Positions 63,985-64,000 of a stretch of 64,000 nucleotides of DNA are shown one piece after another. The translations under genes and the position numbers were made by a program. Below the pieces are notes generated by a model. The model had not been told where the DNA came from, did not search any database, and was given only the letters and a program-made list of their open reading frames with translations. Every line of letters starts with the position of its first letter. The first letter of the stretch is position 1. Source of the stretch: an uncultured virus (IMG/VR IMGVR_UViG_3300047319_000243) (lineage: Duplodnaviria; Heunggongvirae; Uroviricota; Caudoviricetes); the IMG/VR virus record IMGVR_UViG_3300047319_000243; one strand, given 5' to 3'.

Positions 63985-64000
63985 CCCGCTAAATTCATTT

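Noticed and set aside
1..64000. tRNA or rRNA genes
   Set aside because: No cloverleaf with a T-loop and acceptor stem seen by eye in intergenic regions; tRNAscan-SE was not run.

Overview
A GC-rich (by eye, roughly 65%) tailed-phage sequence, probably close to a whole genome. The host is likely a Burkholderiales-like proteobacterium (inference from composition and codon style only). It has three blocks. (1) 1-15018 (+): lytic replication genes (family-A DNA polymerase, PD-(D/E)XK and VRR-NUC nucleases, SNF2 helicase, 3'-5' exonuclease, SSB-like protein, DUF927 primase-helicase), then a plasmid-type module of parA, a small partner, an HTH Rep-like gene and an origin with paired DnaA boxes. (2) 15020-48011 (-): lysis, tail, internal virion, N4-gp56-type capsid, portal and terminase genes of a podovirus-like virion. 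(3) 48609-63984 (+): an early/accessory region of small genes, including a serine resolvase and an AAA/VWA module. No integrase, tRNA or CRISPR array was seen, so a phage-plasmid lifestyle is inferred. The strongest signal is a 29-bp palindrome (GGACAWWCGGAG-N5-CTCCGWWTGTCC) present 12 times, mostly between a stop codon and the next RBS in the early region, so the genes look like cassettes. Also notable are three stand-alone fragments of host regulators (a CapW/BrxR-like wHTH, a FadR/GntR wHTH and an antitoxin N-terminus without its HTH) and two candidate immune-signal sponge genes between terS and terL. All family assignments are by-eye motif recognition, not database searches.
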